Positions 35,221-50,002 of a stretch of DNA of 64,000 nt are shown here, piece by piece; position 1 is the first letter of the stretch, and every line of letters starts with the position of its first letter. The notes beneath the pieces are model-generated. The model saw only the letters and a list, made by a program, of their open reading frames with translations. It had not been told where the DNA came from and ran no database searches. The translations under genes and the position numbers were made by a program. The stretch covers positions 625,027-689,026 of the forward strand of contig CT868671.1 of the NCBI GenBank assembly GCA_000165425.1, written 5' to 3'. The stretch is from Paramecium tetraurelia (Eukaryota).

Positions 35221-36924
35221 TCAATTTTGATGGTTATTCATAGCCAAATCCCAAAACTGTTCGACTCCCTTCTCTGCTAAAATTCTCTTCCCTTCTGCTT
35301 CACTTTTTATTTCAATGGTCTTCCACTTGTTGAATGCATGCTATTTAGACACTCCTTCCCAAACTAGTGTACAACCAGGTTTTAAATCATCGCCTCTCCA
35401 TTTTATTCTATTCAATAACAACTTTTTATAAAACTTTATTCCCTTTGGTCCTCCTTCAGCTACCACAATTGAAGGCACAACCTATTACCCATTCTAAGCA
35501 GCAATTAAACAAACTCCTTACAAACTTACTTATTGAGCATTCATATCTACTTTAAACTTCAATTTCTTGGATTCCAAATTAGCTGATGACAAATCATCAT
35601 CAATCCTAAATACAGCAACTCTAATTTCTTATGCATTATCCTTTTACCATTTCAATTTCAATTTATCTCCTCTTTATTCTTTAGTTAACTTTCTTTCTTC
35701 ATTCTGCTTGATGTGCTTATCTAATCTAGCCTAGATTTATCTTCTGACTTCTTGCTCAGCCTTACTTGGATCTATTTAAGCTTCTGCTCCTAAAATTGCC
35801 ATCATATTTTACAAAGTTATCCTTGGTGGAGATGGCTTCTATAAACCCAATCTAATTTTATCTTATTTCTCCTTCTGAATATCCATACGTATTTTTCTCA
35901 ATCTCTTTTTCCTTTCCTTTTTCGTTAAGAACGAAGGCAACGCAGCCTTTTCTCTATTCTATACTAATTCACTAATAACAAATGGTTTTGGATGCTCAAG
36001 CAATTTGGTTATCTTATCCAATAATATTGTCGTATCTGTATATTGTAATTACTCTAAAAATGTGATATTCCTTTGAATCTCTTCTTAAGTGTGAGCTGTA
36101 GCAGGTTGTTTGTGTTCTTGCTCATTTTCAATATTGATTGGGATATAATTAGCTTAATATTCTGGGAATAGGGGCATATCCCACCATTCTATATTCGGAA
36201 TAGGATCATGATGTTTCATCTTCACACAAACCCTTTTGAAATTTGTTTGACTTGTAGTCGTTGTTAAATTCTATGCTTCCTTTTCCACTACTTTTTCCTT
36301 TTCATCTCCTTAGTTTTCAATTTAAATAGAACCTTGTTGCACTTATTCAACATCCTTATTACCATTTTCAATAAAATTAAAAGCCAATAATTTTCTTTTT
36401 TATCTTCTAATATTACTGCTTTGAATCGTGACATTTTTATCTAAGAATCGTCCCTTGTCATTTAAGGCATCCTTTAAATTGTTTTGAATTTTCAACATTT
36501 CTTAAACTTTCTCCAGCTTCTACCTTTCTTAATTTATTTTTAGAGACTTTGCTTGATCATTCAGTCGAATAATTTTGCCAGATATGTCTTTTAATTTGCC
36601 TTCCTCCGTCTCGTAAATTCCTTAAGGCAAGGATTTATCGATTGATTGCTTTGGCTCCTTTACTATTTGTATTTTGCCTGAATCTTTCAATTTTTATATT
36701 GCCTTTTCTTTCTTCTTCTTGTGTTTCAAATATGCCACTAAGCTATCAGTATCCGGCCCTAACACAGCTTTATATTTGGCATCAATTGGCATTGTCAACA
36801 ATTTCCTATTCAAATCTGGTTACTTGAGCCTTGGATTCAAATTTTATGCTTGATGACTCTAAGGCTTCTTCTCTAAAAACTGTGGTGTCTGAACATCCTT
36901 ACTCACACCTTTATTCTTATTCAT
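35221..36924 (-). CDS. PRPF3: U4/U6 snRNP protein Prp3
   Basis: IPNIEWWD, LLEHPKP, FLTKKERKKRLRK..QKEKQDKIRLGL..PSPPRITLQNMMAILG..A..DPSKAEQEVR, GGPKGIKFYKKLLLNRIKW and CTLVWEG. Confidence 0.93.
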
Positions 36925-37024
36925 TGTTTGTATATTTATAAAAATAATATTTATAATTATCGTAATATTAAGTTTAAGGGAAAAAACGAAAGTATTTTTG
37001 GAATAAGCAATCAAGATCAATTAA

Positions 37025-38774
37025 TCAATCATTCCTGAAGAGCTTCTCATTTATAAAGGCTCTTTTTAATGCTTTATCCTTTTAAATTTCTTCATCACTC
37101 TTAGTAATTCCTTTAATTGGCTGAGCTTATTAATTAATAATTATTACTCTCTCTTGCATATCATCGTCATACAATTAGGTTATCGGAGGCAAGAGATCAT
37201 GATGAGATTTCTTCTTAACCGATAAAAATCTCTCAATCTTTTCATGTTGATCACCTTATAGATTATGAGCACTTTTCACAAAATTAACAGGTAGGTCCTA
37301 GATAAAGAAGCATAATTACTGCTCCATATTTTTTCTGAATATAAAATTAAGTAATATTCTTTGATTCTTTAATTATTTTTCTAATTGAATAGAAATTCTT
37401 GTTCTTCCCAAATTTAAATGTCTAACCCATAGGTGTTTTATCACTTTCTTCTGATATAATATGCTTTAATATGAATTCTATTTACTTAGCCTGGAGATCC
37501 AGAGATTTGCATGCTCTTTCTAGTTTCCAACTTTCTTATAGTTTCTGACTCTTAAAATTCTTCTAATTCATTCATTTTTTTATCCTAATTGCTAATAGCT
37601 TTAGTTTATGCAATAATCCCATTCTACAATTGAGCTTAGACCTTCTATCTTTTTGCTTCTCCCTCATACAATCCCTTCTTCAAAGCTAAATTAGTCGACA
37701 AGCTTTGTATTCGAGTGATTTCATTATTGTGTAAATTAATTTGTTTAAGTAATACATCATATGCCTTCTTCATTTGAATTATTAACTTGTATTCCGTTTC
37801 TTAGAGTTTACCTTCTAACTGCTCTCTTTCCTTCTACTATTTGAATAATAAATCACTATGTTATTTTTCGATTCGATATTTTTAGACTTTATAGACTCTA
37901 TCTTACTCGTTTTTCTCCAAGTCTTTAAGTTCTTTTCGAAAGTCTAAGGCTTCTTCAACTCTTTCTTCTAAACTAACTAATTTTTCTTAGGTTTGTAAAT
38001 CCTTCAACTTTTTCTTTGGCTTAACTTTCATAAGTTCTGTATCTTTAGATAAGCGATCCTCTAACAAACCAAGTTCATTTTCTTGAGTTTATTTTAATTA
38101 TGCTCTCAATTATGATAGAAAATTTACCTTCTGTCTATCTTATATTTAATAAGCTATTAAAATTCCTAATAATATTAATCATAGAAATCATCCAATTTTT
38201 CCTACCCAATTTCTTTGTAAACTTTTCTTTCTTTTAATGAGATTCTCTATCTGAGCTAATTCTAATAATGTGCTATGTTTGCCTCCAAGATTCGTAGTTC
38301 TTTCATCAACTATTTAAATAATATATATTCCTATATTTTTAGTAAGGCTGTAGCCACTTAATGCATTTTTTCTTTAATGACTGAAAACACCAAGATTTAC
38401 TCATCCTCATTTAGAATTCTAGTTGAATACAGCGAAACACATACCCATCATTATCTTAATCAAACAGTTCAAAGAAGTCTTAATCATTTTACAGTTTCAA
38501 TAATTGAACAATTTCTGTCCTGCAAGCATCGAAAACCCTTTGCGCTGTAATGAAGTTTAATTAAGCATCAGTTATAAAATCATTCTTCCTCATCTCATTC
38601 CAAATTTTCTCACACTTACCAGCAGCTTAAATATATAAGTCACCTTATTATGAATTATTTCTTGTATTTACCTTCTCTTTTAATTTAGCTGATAACATGT
38701 TTGGGAAGATTTGAAATTGCAGAATAATTGGATTGTTGTAATTTTGCACTTATTGTGACTGACTTAGATTCCAT
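37025..38774 (-). CDS. coiled-coil protein with one EF-hand-like loop (3' exon structure uncertain; could be two genes)
   Basis: FELFDQDNDGILNEDEQ followed by a long heptad-rich region. The 37025-37327 segment can be joined through a 22-nt intron, but the frame around 37470-37560 was not resolved. Confidence 0.6.
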
Positions 38775-38940
38775 TTAATTTATCATAAAAAATATATTAG
38801 TATATCAAATTCATATATTTAAGTAATGTTTTAATTTTACGCTTATTTAACATACTGTTTTTCTGAAATTGATAAAAGTAATTATTAAATGCTATCATTA
38901 TCCTTCACATTAATTAATTAATTATTTTATCCAAAATCAA

Positions 38941-41900
38941 ATGGACTAGGATGAAACTTGGGGAAGTTTGTAGTAAATTATTCAAGAGGATGAAAAGTAT
39001 AAGCATATTTGCAATTAATTTTAGTTAAAATAACGTCCGACAAGGTGATATTATTTATTTAAAATCGTATTTACCAGATGATAATAAGGGTCTTATTTCT
39101 GGAGAGGGATTTGCAGCAAACAAGTTGGAGTGTCTTCTCCTCTAAAAATCTTCAAATGACTACTACAATTCAAATGAATTTTTGGCCAATAAGCAAATAG
39201 ATAGTTTGGTTAATAAACAAGCTGAATGGAATATATTCAAATGCTTATTCAGAATTCTGGATAGCAATCGCTCCATTTATGAGTAAGCGAAAAGTGAAAT
39301 CGTTTCTGACGAATAAAAAGGAAATGAGGAGCAGAACGAAAGCGAAAAGAATATCATTTATGGTTAAGAAATACAATTACTACACTTGTATTCTAAATGT
39401 TTCTTAACTCTCAACAGTTAAGTCTTAGCAAAAGAAAACTGTTGTCGTGAACTTAGATTAGAATAGAGTATTACCTCAAATTCTAATTTTATGCTCTCAT
39501 CTAATACAAAAAGCTATGGCGAACCAGTTTTGTTTGGAGACATTTTATATTTAAAGAGCAGTGTAGTTCACCTGAATAAGTGGGGATTAGGTATTTAATA
39601 AACAAGTCCTTATTCTGAAGTTCATGCCTCTTAAATAGCTTCAACATTGAGAATATGTAACTATGCAGAAAATGAGAATGAAAATGTTATAATGAACGGG
39701 GATATTATTGTATTTAAGAATAGACTATTGGGGGGATATTTAAGTATTAAAAGATAATTCTCATCAACAAAGTTAATGCAATAAAGATAAATCTATAAAA
39801 AAAAAGATTAGCCGTTAGAATAGAATTCAATTAATTTATCAGAACTAAGAAAATAAGAAAACTTAGATTAGATGTTTCATATCACATTGGAAAGTGAGTT
39901 GTAATTAAATTCCTTGTGGTAGTTAATAGGTCTTACTAGTTAATCTGCTCAACTATAAAATAACAAAAAGGAAAAGAGTAGAGTTCAAAAAAGCTATTTG
40001 ATTAAAAATGTCTTAACTGGAACATTTTTATATTTAGAAAACGAATAATTACATGCCTCATATGATCGTCTACAACAGAAGTTTGAATTTTAAATAAGAA
40101 ACTTATAGAAAACAGAATAATAGATTAATTTAGGCGAATTTTATAGAATTTTGAGAATACAAGAAAATCAATAATTATCATAATTCTAAACCTATGCGAT
40201 TTAATGTAATAATTTTAATGAAGTAAACATAACTACCAATTGTCAAAAAACCTAATACGATTAATAACTCTTCAAAGTTGCAAGAGGTCCTTATCAAGAT
40301 GCTATGGCTGCTAATAAAATATAATCATTTTACTTTGGTATTGTTGAGTTTTACATATTCTTACAAGATTGGGCTTTAGATAGAGAATTAAAATATTAAT
40401 ATAATATAGCATTTTAGAATTAAAAATAATTGCAAGATGAAATCAATTAATTTGAAAAGCTGTTATAAAATATGAATTTATTTTTAACTTAAGAAAATTC
40501 AATACAAGAAACAAAATAATGTCAATTTAATTTGTGCTAGTATGATGTTTTAGATTTACTCATCAAATTACAATAATTGGTAAATTTGATTTCCACTCAA
40601 GAAAATAAATGGGAATCTTCTTTTAGCGATAAAACAGCGTAGAGAATTGCTAGGTAAAAATTTGATCCTGTTGCATCTATTAAAAAGAAGAAACAATTTA
40701 ATTTGATTGAAGAAATTTATTCAACGATATATTAAATCATATTGGATAATTATGATTGCTGCAATTATGTAATTCAAGAGGATTCCATAATAGACTTTCT
40801 TTTTAGTCAATTAAATCAATTTAGAGAATAGATCGAAAAAATGTTTAAGTAAATAGTTTCAAAGGCTAAGTATAATCCCATAATTGCTAAAAAATGGATA
40901 AATAGAATATCAATGATTACAGAGGAGAATTTAGAAGATTAAATGTTTATAATAACAATCATTAATTTATTTATTTCATCAAATTATCACATCAGTGTAG
41001 AATGTCAAAATTTATGTAGAAAGAATCTCTTTTCTAACAATAAATGCAAATTAATAAAATGTCTCATAATAAATGAAATACCTGTAATTCAATTAGAAGC
41101 AGATGCTAAAACTTTTGAGAAGAATAACAAAAGGTTTTGTGACAATCATCATGATCATTATTAAAACTTAAAATAAAATCAAATAGCACTTGAGTATTTC
41201 ATGAAACATGATTAATTAAGGTAGTATCATATATATGAACAATATCTACTAAATTTATTGAATTTATATGCAAAGATGTGTAGAGGTAGGAATTTCAAGA
41301 ATATGAACTTGATTAAGAATGTGGCAGGTATCAATCAATAGTTCTTTGATTCGATAATAAAGTCAAAGCATAGTTTACAATGCAAATAAGTTATTATTGA
41401 ACTGTTTTCATCCTTATATTTAGATATTGATCCTTTGACTAAGATTTCAATTTTTGAGAATACTTGTTACCTTAGATAGGCTTTAGGTGATTTTGATAAA
41501 GAATTAGAATCAGGCAGGTACTTTTATGAGAATATTTCCTCCAATATACTCAAGTAAACAGATTCATATCAAAACTTTTAATAAGATACCGTGAGAACTC
41601 AAGAGAATATGAAGGAACTCCTACTTCTGAAATCCTTTTCATCACATATTATTACGAATTAAAAATATCACGAATATTTTATCAACTTATTTTTACAATA
41701 AGAATACCCAACTATTTTAACAGAAGATTCTAATAGTTCACTCAAATACAAAGAAATTTCTAAGGTTTAAATAAGATTCTTTTTAAGTGTAATACGTATC
41801 ATCAAAGACTCGATTGATTTAGGATACAATACATTGAATAAAAATAGAGAAATATAAGAAACTTTGCCAAACATATTTTTTGTTTTGATTATTCAATTAA

Positions 41901-44900
41901 ATAATAATTTTAAGACATTTGAATTTCAAGAAGATAATGCCTTCAATCTAAATTTAAAAAATATGCAATATACTAAAAGTAAATTAATTTCAGAATAGTT
42001 TGAAAAATTTAATTTAAAATTCAACTAATCCTGGATTTCAGATTTCCTATTATGGACTACATCGACATGCAATGATTAAGATTTGATAGAATAGATATTC
42101 TAAGAAGCATTAAATATCTATTAAGTATTATTTTATTTGTCAGCTAATTTATAAGTCTTACAATACGTAACTTAAAAAGAGAGCTCATTGAATGAATTAT
42201 TTGCAAGCCATAATTCTATACTATTTCATTGTTTGTTTGGAACCATGAAATTACCAAATCTCAATAATGAAATCTTATAATACCTCATCTTAAGTTTTAA
42301 TAATTAGTAGTACGATCTTTAAGAAATTAAAGAAGTGGAAATCCTTGATGATGAAATAGAACGTAAATATTTTGGAATTGTAAATGGACATTATGAGGCA
42401 CAAGGTGACTAAGGGCCAAAAGAAATATAATAATATGTTAAGTAAGCAGTAAAGTACGTGTAGATTGATTAATAAAATAATAAGAAAATAGATGAATTTT
42501 AAAAATCATTCCTAAAAATCTCTTAATATATCTAGAAAATAAATTCATTATTTGAAAGTATCAGAAATTATAATCAGTCTTATACTAAATCCCTTTAAAA
42601 CATGATTAGAAACGCAGGAATACATCTTATTTTTATTGAATTCTTTATCAGTTCAGATGAAATTATTGAGGATGAACATGTTGTATATTTTTATAGAAGC
42701 TTTTTAAAATTTTGGGAGAACTTTATTAAAGATAATTAGACAAATTTTCAGATATTAATGCCACAATTAGACCATCTATTAAAAATCATATTATTGCCAT
42801 AACCCTAACGTGATAATTTTTTATACAAATCTTTATAAATCTCTAAACTGCAACTTTAGAGTGCATCACATTCCATTATAGATATAATTATGAATATTTC
42901 TAAATCGCTCAATTTAAATGAAAATCTAATTCATATTAGAGCAGGCAAATAATATCTGAAGATCTTATAAAGATTTACAAAAACTGCTTCAAAACCTAAG
43001 TTTAATCATTTAAGTAATTAAAAGCAAATCCTACATTTAATTCTTCAAAATTTCAGGAATCTTATAGATCCTTTACAGTATTTTGAAGACAAAATTCAAA
43101 AAGATAAACAAGTCTAATCTAGTGTTCTTCGATATTATTAACTTAAACTTCATTCAGCAGCTCTAAATCTAATTTCGGAAACTTGTCAAAATTATTATTT
43201 AGGAATATCTGAAACCCAGAGAATTTTACTATTTGAATAATTAACATCAGTATTGTAGAATGAACCTTATATTGTTAAGGGTGCTTATTTAAAATGCATC
43301 TTTGAATTATATGTGAATTTTGCTAAATCAAATAATCTAATAGGAGATCTTATAGATAATTATCAACTCAAAGAGTTGTTCACTTCTGTTATTATTCCAG
43401 ATTTGCAATTAATGTAACAATTTTAAAAAAGCCATAATTTAGGAAATTCAATATTGCTTAACAACAAGGAATACTGGAAATATATCCTTTATGTGTTTGA
43501 ATTTTTGATATCTGTCATTGATGAATTCAGACTTCTAGAAAGATAAAACGAATGCAATTTTATTGAAGAGTATACTTAGATACTCACTTTGATTAAGGGA
43601 ATATTGCTCAATACTTCTAATCCACTGATCTAAGAAAAAAGAGAATATATATAATAGATATCTGAGATCATTGAATTATTTCTAAAGAATCTTTATGATT
43701 TCAATCTTTAAAATAGATTACAAATTTTCTGTATAAGATAAAAAATGTCACTCCAAGATTTAATAGATCATGTAGAATAATTGAATTAGAGGGATAGAGT
43801 ATTAAAGCTAAAGGAGATTTGTAATCAAAATCACAAGACTTACATAAAATAAGAAGATCTTATCGGTTTCAGGACTAATAAGGTTTCTCAGTATTAAAGT
43901 TCTGAGAATTGGATTGATTTTAAAAAGGCCTTTCATACCTAAAATGAATTCAATGAAATTACAACTTAAGCATAAGATAGATTGAGAGAAGAACTTAACT
44001 TATAGATTTTAAAGGAAGATTTTCAAAAGAAAAAAGAAGAAGAAATCAAAAAGTTATTCGTCAAAAAGAAATGTCAAGGGGAAATTTAAAATCCTTTGTC
44101 AGAAGATGTACAAATTTTATTCTTTTTACATGACTTATCTTAACAGGCAAATGGCTTACTTTAAGATGATAAATTTAAGGAGTTTATAATTAAATGCAAG
44201 TAAATATTTTCATAATATCCTCAATATTTAATTAAGTTATGTAAAATATTTTTAGAAATGAAAAAGCCAGCTAAGACTTACATAAATCAAGGGGAACTTG
44301 ATGATGATGATGATGATATTAAGGAAAATGAAAATAAATAGGGTTAGTTGAATACTCTTGAATAATATACAATATACCAAAATGTAATATCTGAAAATGA
44401 TATTCATGTTATCGCAATAGAGTAACTAAATCATTAAAATCCAAATGAATAACTTGATTCCTTAACATTGTTACATCTTTTATTAGACTTTGGTAATACG
44501 TAAGTGCAACAGAGATTTTATACTCTTTTATAGAATCATAAGAAGCATAAGAAAATCTTCATTCAATTCTTTAGGGATTTTTATAGTACTGATGTGAGTA
44601 TAAAATTAGAAGAATTAAGTACATCAAAGAATTCAGACTATTTAAATATATGTATTAAGGTGCTACAAGTCTTATAGGGATTATGTGAAAATGTTCATAT
44701 AGAGTTCTAAAAGTTTTTGAGAATACAAAATTAACAAGATTCGATTACGAATAATTTTAATTTTGTTTTAGAAACTACCAATCTATTAGTGAATTTTTTA
44801 TCTGATAAATCTGTAGAGAATTCTAAGAAATGGGATTTGTATTAACAGGGATTACTCAGTTTAATAGAGTTTTCAACTGGTCTTAACGAAAATAAAAAAG

Positions 44901-47116
44901 AAATCACAAAGAATTCTCGATTATTCTCTGGATTTAATGAATTATTCGATCATTCAGATTTAGACACAGCATTAATTCCTTCCTCAAAAAAAGTGTAAAA
45001 CGTCTACTTTTAATTATTGTAAACTCTCTACATTTATATTTAATTACTGATATCCTTATTGGAAGGTAATGCCAATGAAAATAAACAAGTGTATAAATTT
45101 TTATTGGAAAATTTAAATAATGAATTCCTTATGTCATTAGCAAAAAAAATATATAATTGTAGAATCTTTCCTAAAAAATCAGTGATATGCGTTGACAAAT
45201 ATTGCAAATTACCATGCTATGACAATTTATGTAATAAAAGTTTCTGCGTTAATGGTTATAAAACAAGGGAAGATTCTCTATTAATTGAGACTGGCCTAAA
45301 TATCTTTATTATCGGTCTAAAACTATCAAATTATAGTAATGATTAAAAATTTAAAATATTCTAATTTGAGAGCATGACCATAGAAAAGGATTTGATCCAA
45401 GAAGATCAATTGTACTAAGACATAAGCCTAAGAAATGTTATTGAAAAAACATTTTCTATAAGTCAACATCCTGAGTATTATTAAAAAGTAGTTGATACTT
45501 AGTTAGTGAATAATGATTTATTTGATGAAGTTAATGAAGAAAAATAAAATACATCAGCTAAACTAGTTTAAGTATCTAGGGAAGATGAATTCTTTTTGTT
45601 CTATAGGGAATTCATTGGAAGGATTGAAGTAGTTAACTAATTTGGTTAAATAGAGAGAATTCTATTTCAAAAACCATTTGTTTGCAAGTATATGACAGAA
45701 AATATTAAATTAAATTTGATTTATGAATCTAATAGAGAAACAGATGAAGATAGAATTACAAGTTTTTTGGAAAATATCGGCTTTTATCATTCTTAAATGG
45801 CTCATTATCAAAATGTCAGTACTATTCCTATAATGCATTTCGGTTAAAAGCATTGGAGAACTTTAAAAGATGTATCTTATATTCTTTGTGTTGTTATTGT
45901 GCTATTCTTTATTCTAATGCCAGATAATATAGCAGATGGAAACTTGGTTGAAGGTGATAATGAAGAAGACGAAATAATTACTGATTCAAAAAAAGTACAA
46001 GTAGTATTGTATTTAAATAATGTAAGTTATATAATATATGTAGATTATTACTGTAATTTAATTAATATTGAATTTAATTATTATTATCTTTTGTGCAATT
46101 GAGCGATACCCAATTGCAGTTAATTTTAGAAGAGGAGAAACTAATGTGAAACAAATCCAGAATCTCAAAATAGAGGCTGGATTTAAGATTCCAGAATATA
46201 AAAAGAAATACTATGAATTTGTAGGATATATGGAGAATAATTTTGAATAATAATAAGTCAGAAAAAATCCATTAAGGAAAATAATTGTATTATTATTGAT
46301 AGATTTCGATAATTTATATAATGTAATATAAGATATTAATTGTTTAGCTTATAATATTTGGAATTACTGCCATTGCCTTCTTTAACAACTATGTTTATGC
46401 AATTTTATTATTAGATATTGTAAAAAGATCAGAGGTTTTGTAGAATATCATTAAAGCTTTTACTGAAAACACAAAAAATCTATTAATATTTGGACTATTA
46501 GGACTTATTGGATTGGTCTTATATGGATTTTTAATAAAAATATCATTTAGTGGGGATTTCAAGGATGAAACAAAATTCGCTTAAGATTCATTAGGTTACT
46601 CTATAGCACATGTCATTAATTTTGGTTTAAGAAATGGTGGCGGTATAGGTGATACTCTCTCTGATTATGCTGATCCATTTGAAGAACCAGCTAAATATTG
46701 GAAGAGATATTTCTTTGACCTCACCTTCTTCATAATCTTTAATATCTTGTTTTTATAAATGATTTTCGGTATCATAGTGGATAAGTTTGGTGAACTGCGT
46801 GATGAGAGGCAGGAACTTTTGAAAGATATACAAGGAAAATGTTTTATTTGTAGTCTCGAAAGAAATGAGATTGATTCTAAGTAATTTTATATCATATCAA
46901 TTTAGAACAAAAAATGGTTGGTATTAGCATATTTATTTGGAGCATAATGTATATCATATGCTATTTTACCTAATATATATTAAAAAAAAGCCAATCACAG
47001 AGTGCAACTAATTGGAAAAGTATATTAAAGATTAAATGGAAAATAAATTGTCTGAGTTTCTTCCCGTTAAATTGACATATGAACTTCAAAACCAACAAAA
47101 ATAATAATAACAATGA
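38941..47116 (+). CDS. IP3 receptor/ryanodine receptor-type Ca2+ release channel (ciliate CRC family)
   Basis: N-terminal VRQGDIIYL...GLISGEGF and IYGQEIQLLHLYS; RIH-like LCENVHIEFQKFLRIQ; pore GLRNGGGIGD; S6 FFDLTFFIIFNILFLQMIFGIIVDKFGELRDE; C-terminal KCFICSL...HIYLEHN. About 2,700 aa. Confidence 0.95.
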
Positions 47117-48032
47117 TTTTATGAAAAGGCATTATGCAAATATTTAATTCTTATATATGTATAAAGTATAGATTATATTGATTTATTAAACTCAGAATAT
47201 AACATCATTTTAATAGTTAAATATCAAATAAATTATTTTTTGATAATAATTCATGTACCTTTAAAGTTTTTCATATTATTAATTAAGCTATTCATTACTA
47301 AATTATGGTTCTTATTATTTTATAAGGAAACTGATGATTTGAATAATAAATTAATAAGTTGATTTGCCATATATACGATTCCTGATATTTCAGTGTGATG
47401 ATTAAAATTTATTTATCATAAATATTACAATTATTTAATCTTTGCTTTAATTAGCATCAATATAATATATTCTTCATTAATAGCTTTATTAATAATTCCT
47501 TACAAAATAAATTTCATTCTTTATAGTGTTTTAATTCAATATGATATTTTATTTCCAATGACTTTAATCCAAACGAAGTATTTTTACATCATCTTATAAT
47601 TACAAGTCTCCAATTAACAATATAATTATTAATAATAATAATATAATTTTCATGAATATATGGCAAAGTTTATGGTTTATTGTTTTGATATCAGAATCAA
47701 ATGAGTTCACAAATTTCTCTAATTAATCTAAGATTCGAAATATCTATTGATCTAAGATATTTGATTAAATAAGTTTTTATGTTATATACTTCCAATCATG
47801 GCATTTCATAGAATAAACAAACTATATTAAATCTAAAAGAATTGTTAGTGATCTCTAAATAAAAATATTTATATTAGATAAGGAGATATCTAATATTTTT
47901 TCAACTTAATGATAAGTTTTAACAATAAAGTATAAAATTTTAATTTATTCTCACTTTTATACTTAAGTCTAGTTCAAAAAGAAGCAAAATTATAATTACA
48001 AAGTATTATAATTTTAATAATTAAACAATTTA

Positions 48033-48920
48033 ATGAGAAGTAACAGCTAGTAATAATAGTCCACATAATAATTAAAAGAAGTAATTTGAAATTATAAAAT
48101 CAAGACAATACACAAATTGCAATAAAGAGATGCTTCTTATAGGTTGGAAATATCTAAGCTAAAAAAATAGTTAAGCGAAAGAGATCATGAATACAAAGAA
48201 GCTTTAGAAGAATTATAAGAATTAAAAAGAATTTAGTAAAGGGTATTTGTAAACTCTTATTTAAAAGGATAATCAATATATTATGAAAATAGACAATTAT
48301 GTCATGAACTTAAAATAAAAATTACACAAAGCTAACATTAAAATAGGTTCGCTTGAATCAAAATTATCATCCTCCAGAGCTAAATAAACTATTTCATTTG
48401 AAGAAATTACTAATCATAATGAAACCTTTTAAACAGAAATCTCGTAAATGTCAACACATCAGCCGATAATCAAACAATAATCAAATCGTCCCAATTAAAC
48501 TTATGCTTCTAATAAACCAAAATTAATTTGTAAACCTGTTAAATTTTAACTGCCATACCCAAATACAGGCTTCACAGAAAATTAGGAAATTAATGAAAAT
48601 TCTTCATTTATCAAACCAAGTCCATTATAAGAATAAATTTTAAACAGAATCCTAGATGATGAAGAATTCTCTGCCAATTTCTCCTAAAAATTAGTTTAGT
48701 TCTAAAATGACTCCTGTTCGTAAAAAAATAAAACATAACCAATGACATTCACCTGCAATTCCAGACAAAGTAACTTTAGTTTTGCCAATAGTGAGAAGAA
48801 ACCAACAAATAATGAGAAGTCTGTTAAAGGATCAAATAGATAATGTAATTATTTTTATTATTTTAAGATCATTCTGTATCAACGGATGATAAAGAAAACA
48901 CGTACTAATATTGTAATTGA
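48033..48920 (+). CDS. hypothetical coiled-coil protein
   Basis: Code-6 ORF with three tiny introns, N-terminal heptads (YRLEISKLKKQLSERDHEYKEALEELQELKR) and a S/N/Q-rich tail. Confidence 0.7.
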
Positions 48921-49278
48921 TTTCATTTATAAATAACAACTGAATTTAAATACTCTAATATTACCTTTCTTCATTGCAATTTTAATGTTGTCCGAATCTA
49001 TTAATGCAAATTATAATAAATCACATATTTCTATGTTTTTTTTGTAAATAATGATCATTTATTAAAGAAGAGGAGCTGAAAATTATATTTTTAGTTATTT
49101 GATACCTCTATTCATATTTTTAATTAATGAATGAATCTAATAATTTAAAACAAATTTTCTATATAATATTTTATTAAATCAGTTTTATCATTTATATTAA
49201 ATTGCCATTATCTTGGTAATATATTTAAATTGGAGTTTTTAATCAATTTGTTTTAATAATATAAATTCATAAATTATA

Positions 49279-49527
49279 ATGCAAGACTACTTAGACTCAA
49301 GCTTAGACTCAATAGAATTAGAGATATATCACAAGCCAAATCCAAAGATTAGATCAATAATGGATTATTTGAGAAAATCAAATTTGTAATTCTGTACAGA
49401 TCCAAAAAAAAAATAAGACGATTATTATTCAAACTTAACCGAATCTGTAGATTAATTCTCTTTGAGACGAAATAAATTTGTAAATAGAAAAAAACCTGAA
49501 ATTTCTATAGATTGTCCAGCTCTTTGA
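49279..49527 (+). CDS. hypothetical protein (82 aa)
   Basis: Intronless ORF MQDYLDSSLDSIELEIYHKP...RKKPEISIDCPAL*. Confidence 0.55.
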
Positions 49528-49559
49528 TTATATATAAACTTACTTCAAAATTTATTGAA

Positions 49560-49876
49560 ATTTTCATGTTTAAGTTGTTTTATTTTGAAAAAATATTTTT
49601 AGAACACTCATTATATAGAGTCCTCCCAAAGCCTTGGTCATAGTTTGGGAAGAAAACAAGGTTGTTTTGATCCAAAAAAAATCCTAAACGTTCATCTTTT
49701 ATTTGCTCGATCTTCAACCATGTTTTAAGTGAGGAGAAACAATTGTGTAATTATTAGAAATAATACTGATGGTTTTGAGAAGAGAAGTGAATATTTATTA
49801 GTTTGAATTTAAATTAGAATTCAAAAGATGTCCTAAGATTGAAGAATGAAAAAACAGATAATTATAGAATTTACAT
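49560..49876 (-). CDS. possible small ORF or gene remnant
   Basis: TGA-free frame from ATG 49876 containing LKTWLKIEQIKDERLGFFLDQNNLVFFPNYDQGFGRTLYNEC. No clean stop before it overlaps the neighbouring gene. Confidence 0.2.
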
Positions 49877-50002
49877 TTAATTTTTGATAAAAACAAGGAA
49901 AAATAAATATCGTGAAAAATAAGAATACTAATTACCCGGCAAATCTAATTTACAATATTTCCCTCTTTTATTAATTTTAAATAATAAGAAAAAGTATTCA
50001 AG

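Noticed and set aside
38997..39048. Apparent in-frame TGA near the start of the Ca2+ release channel (readthrough or selenocysteine?)
   Set aside because: Splicing the 28-nt intron 38997-39024 shifts the frame and restores the conserved GDIIYL motif.
49600..49780. Weak ATG12-like resemblance (LKTWLK...FFLDQ...FFPNYDQ...LYNEC)
   Set aside because: No clean start/stop structure and no C-terminal Gly; the similarity is by eye only and too weak.
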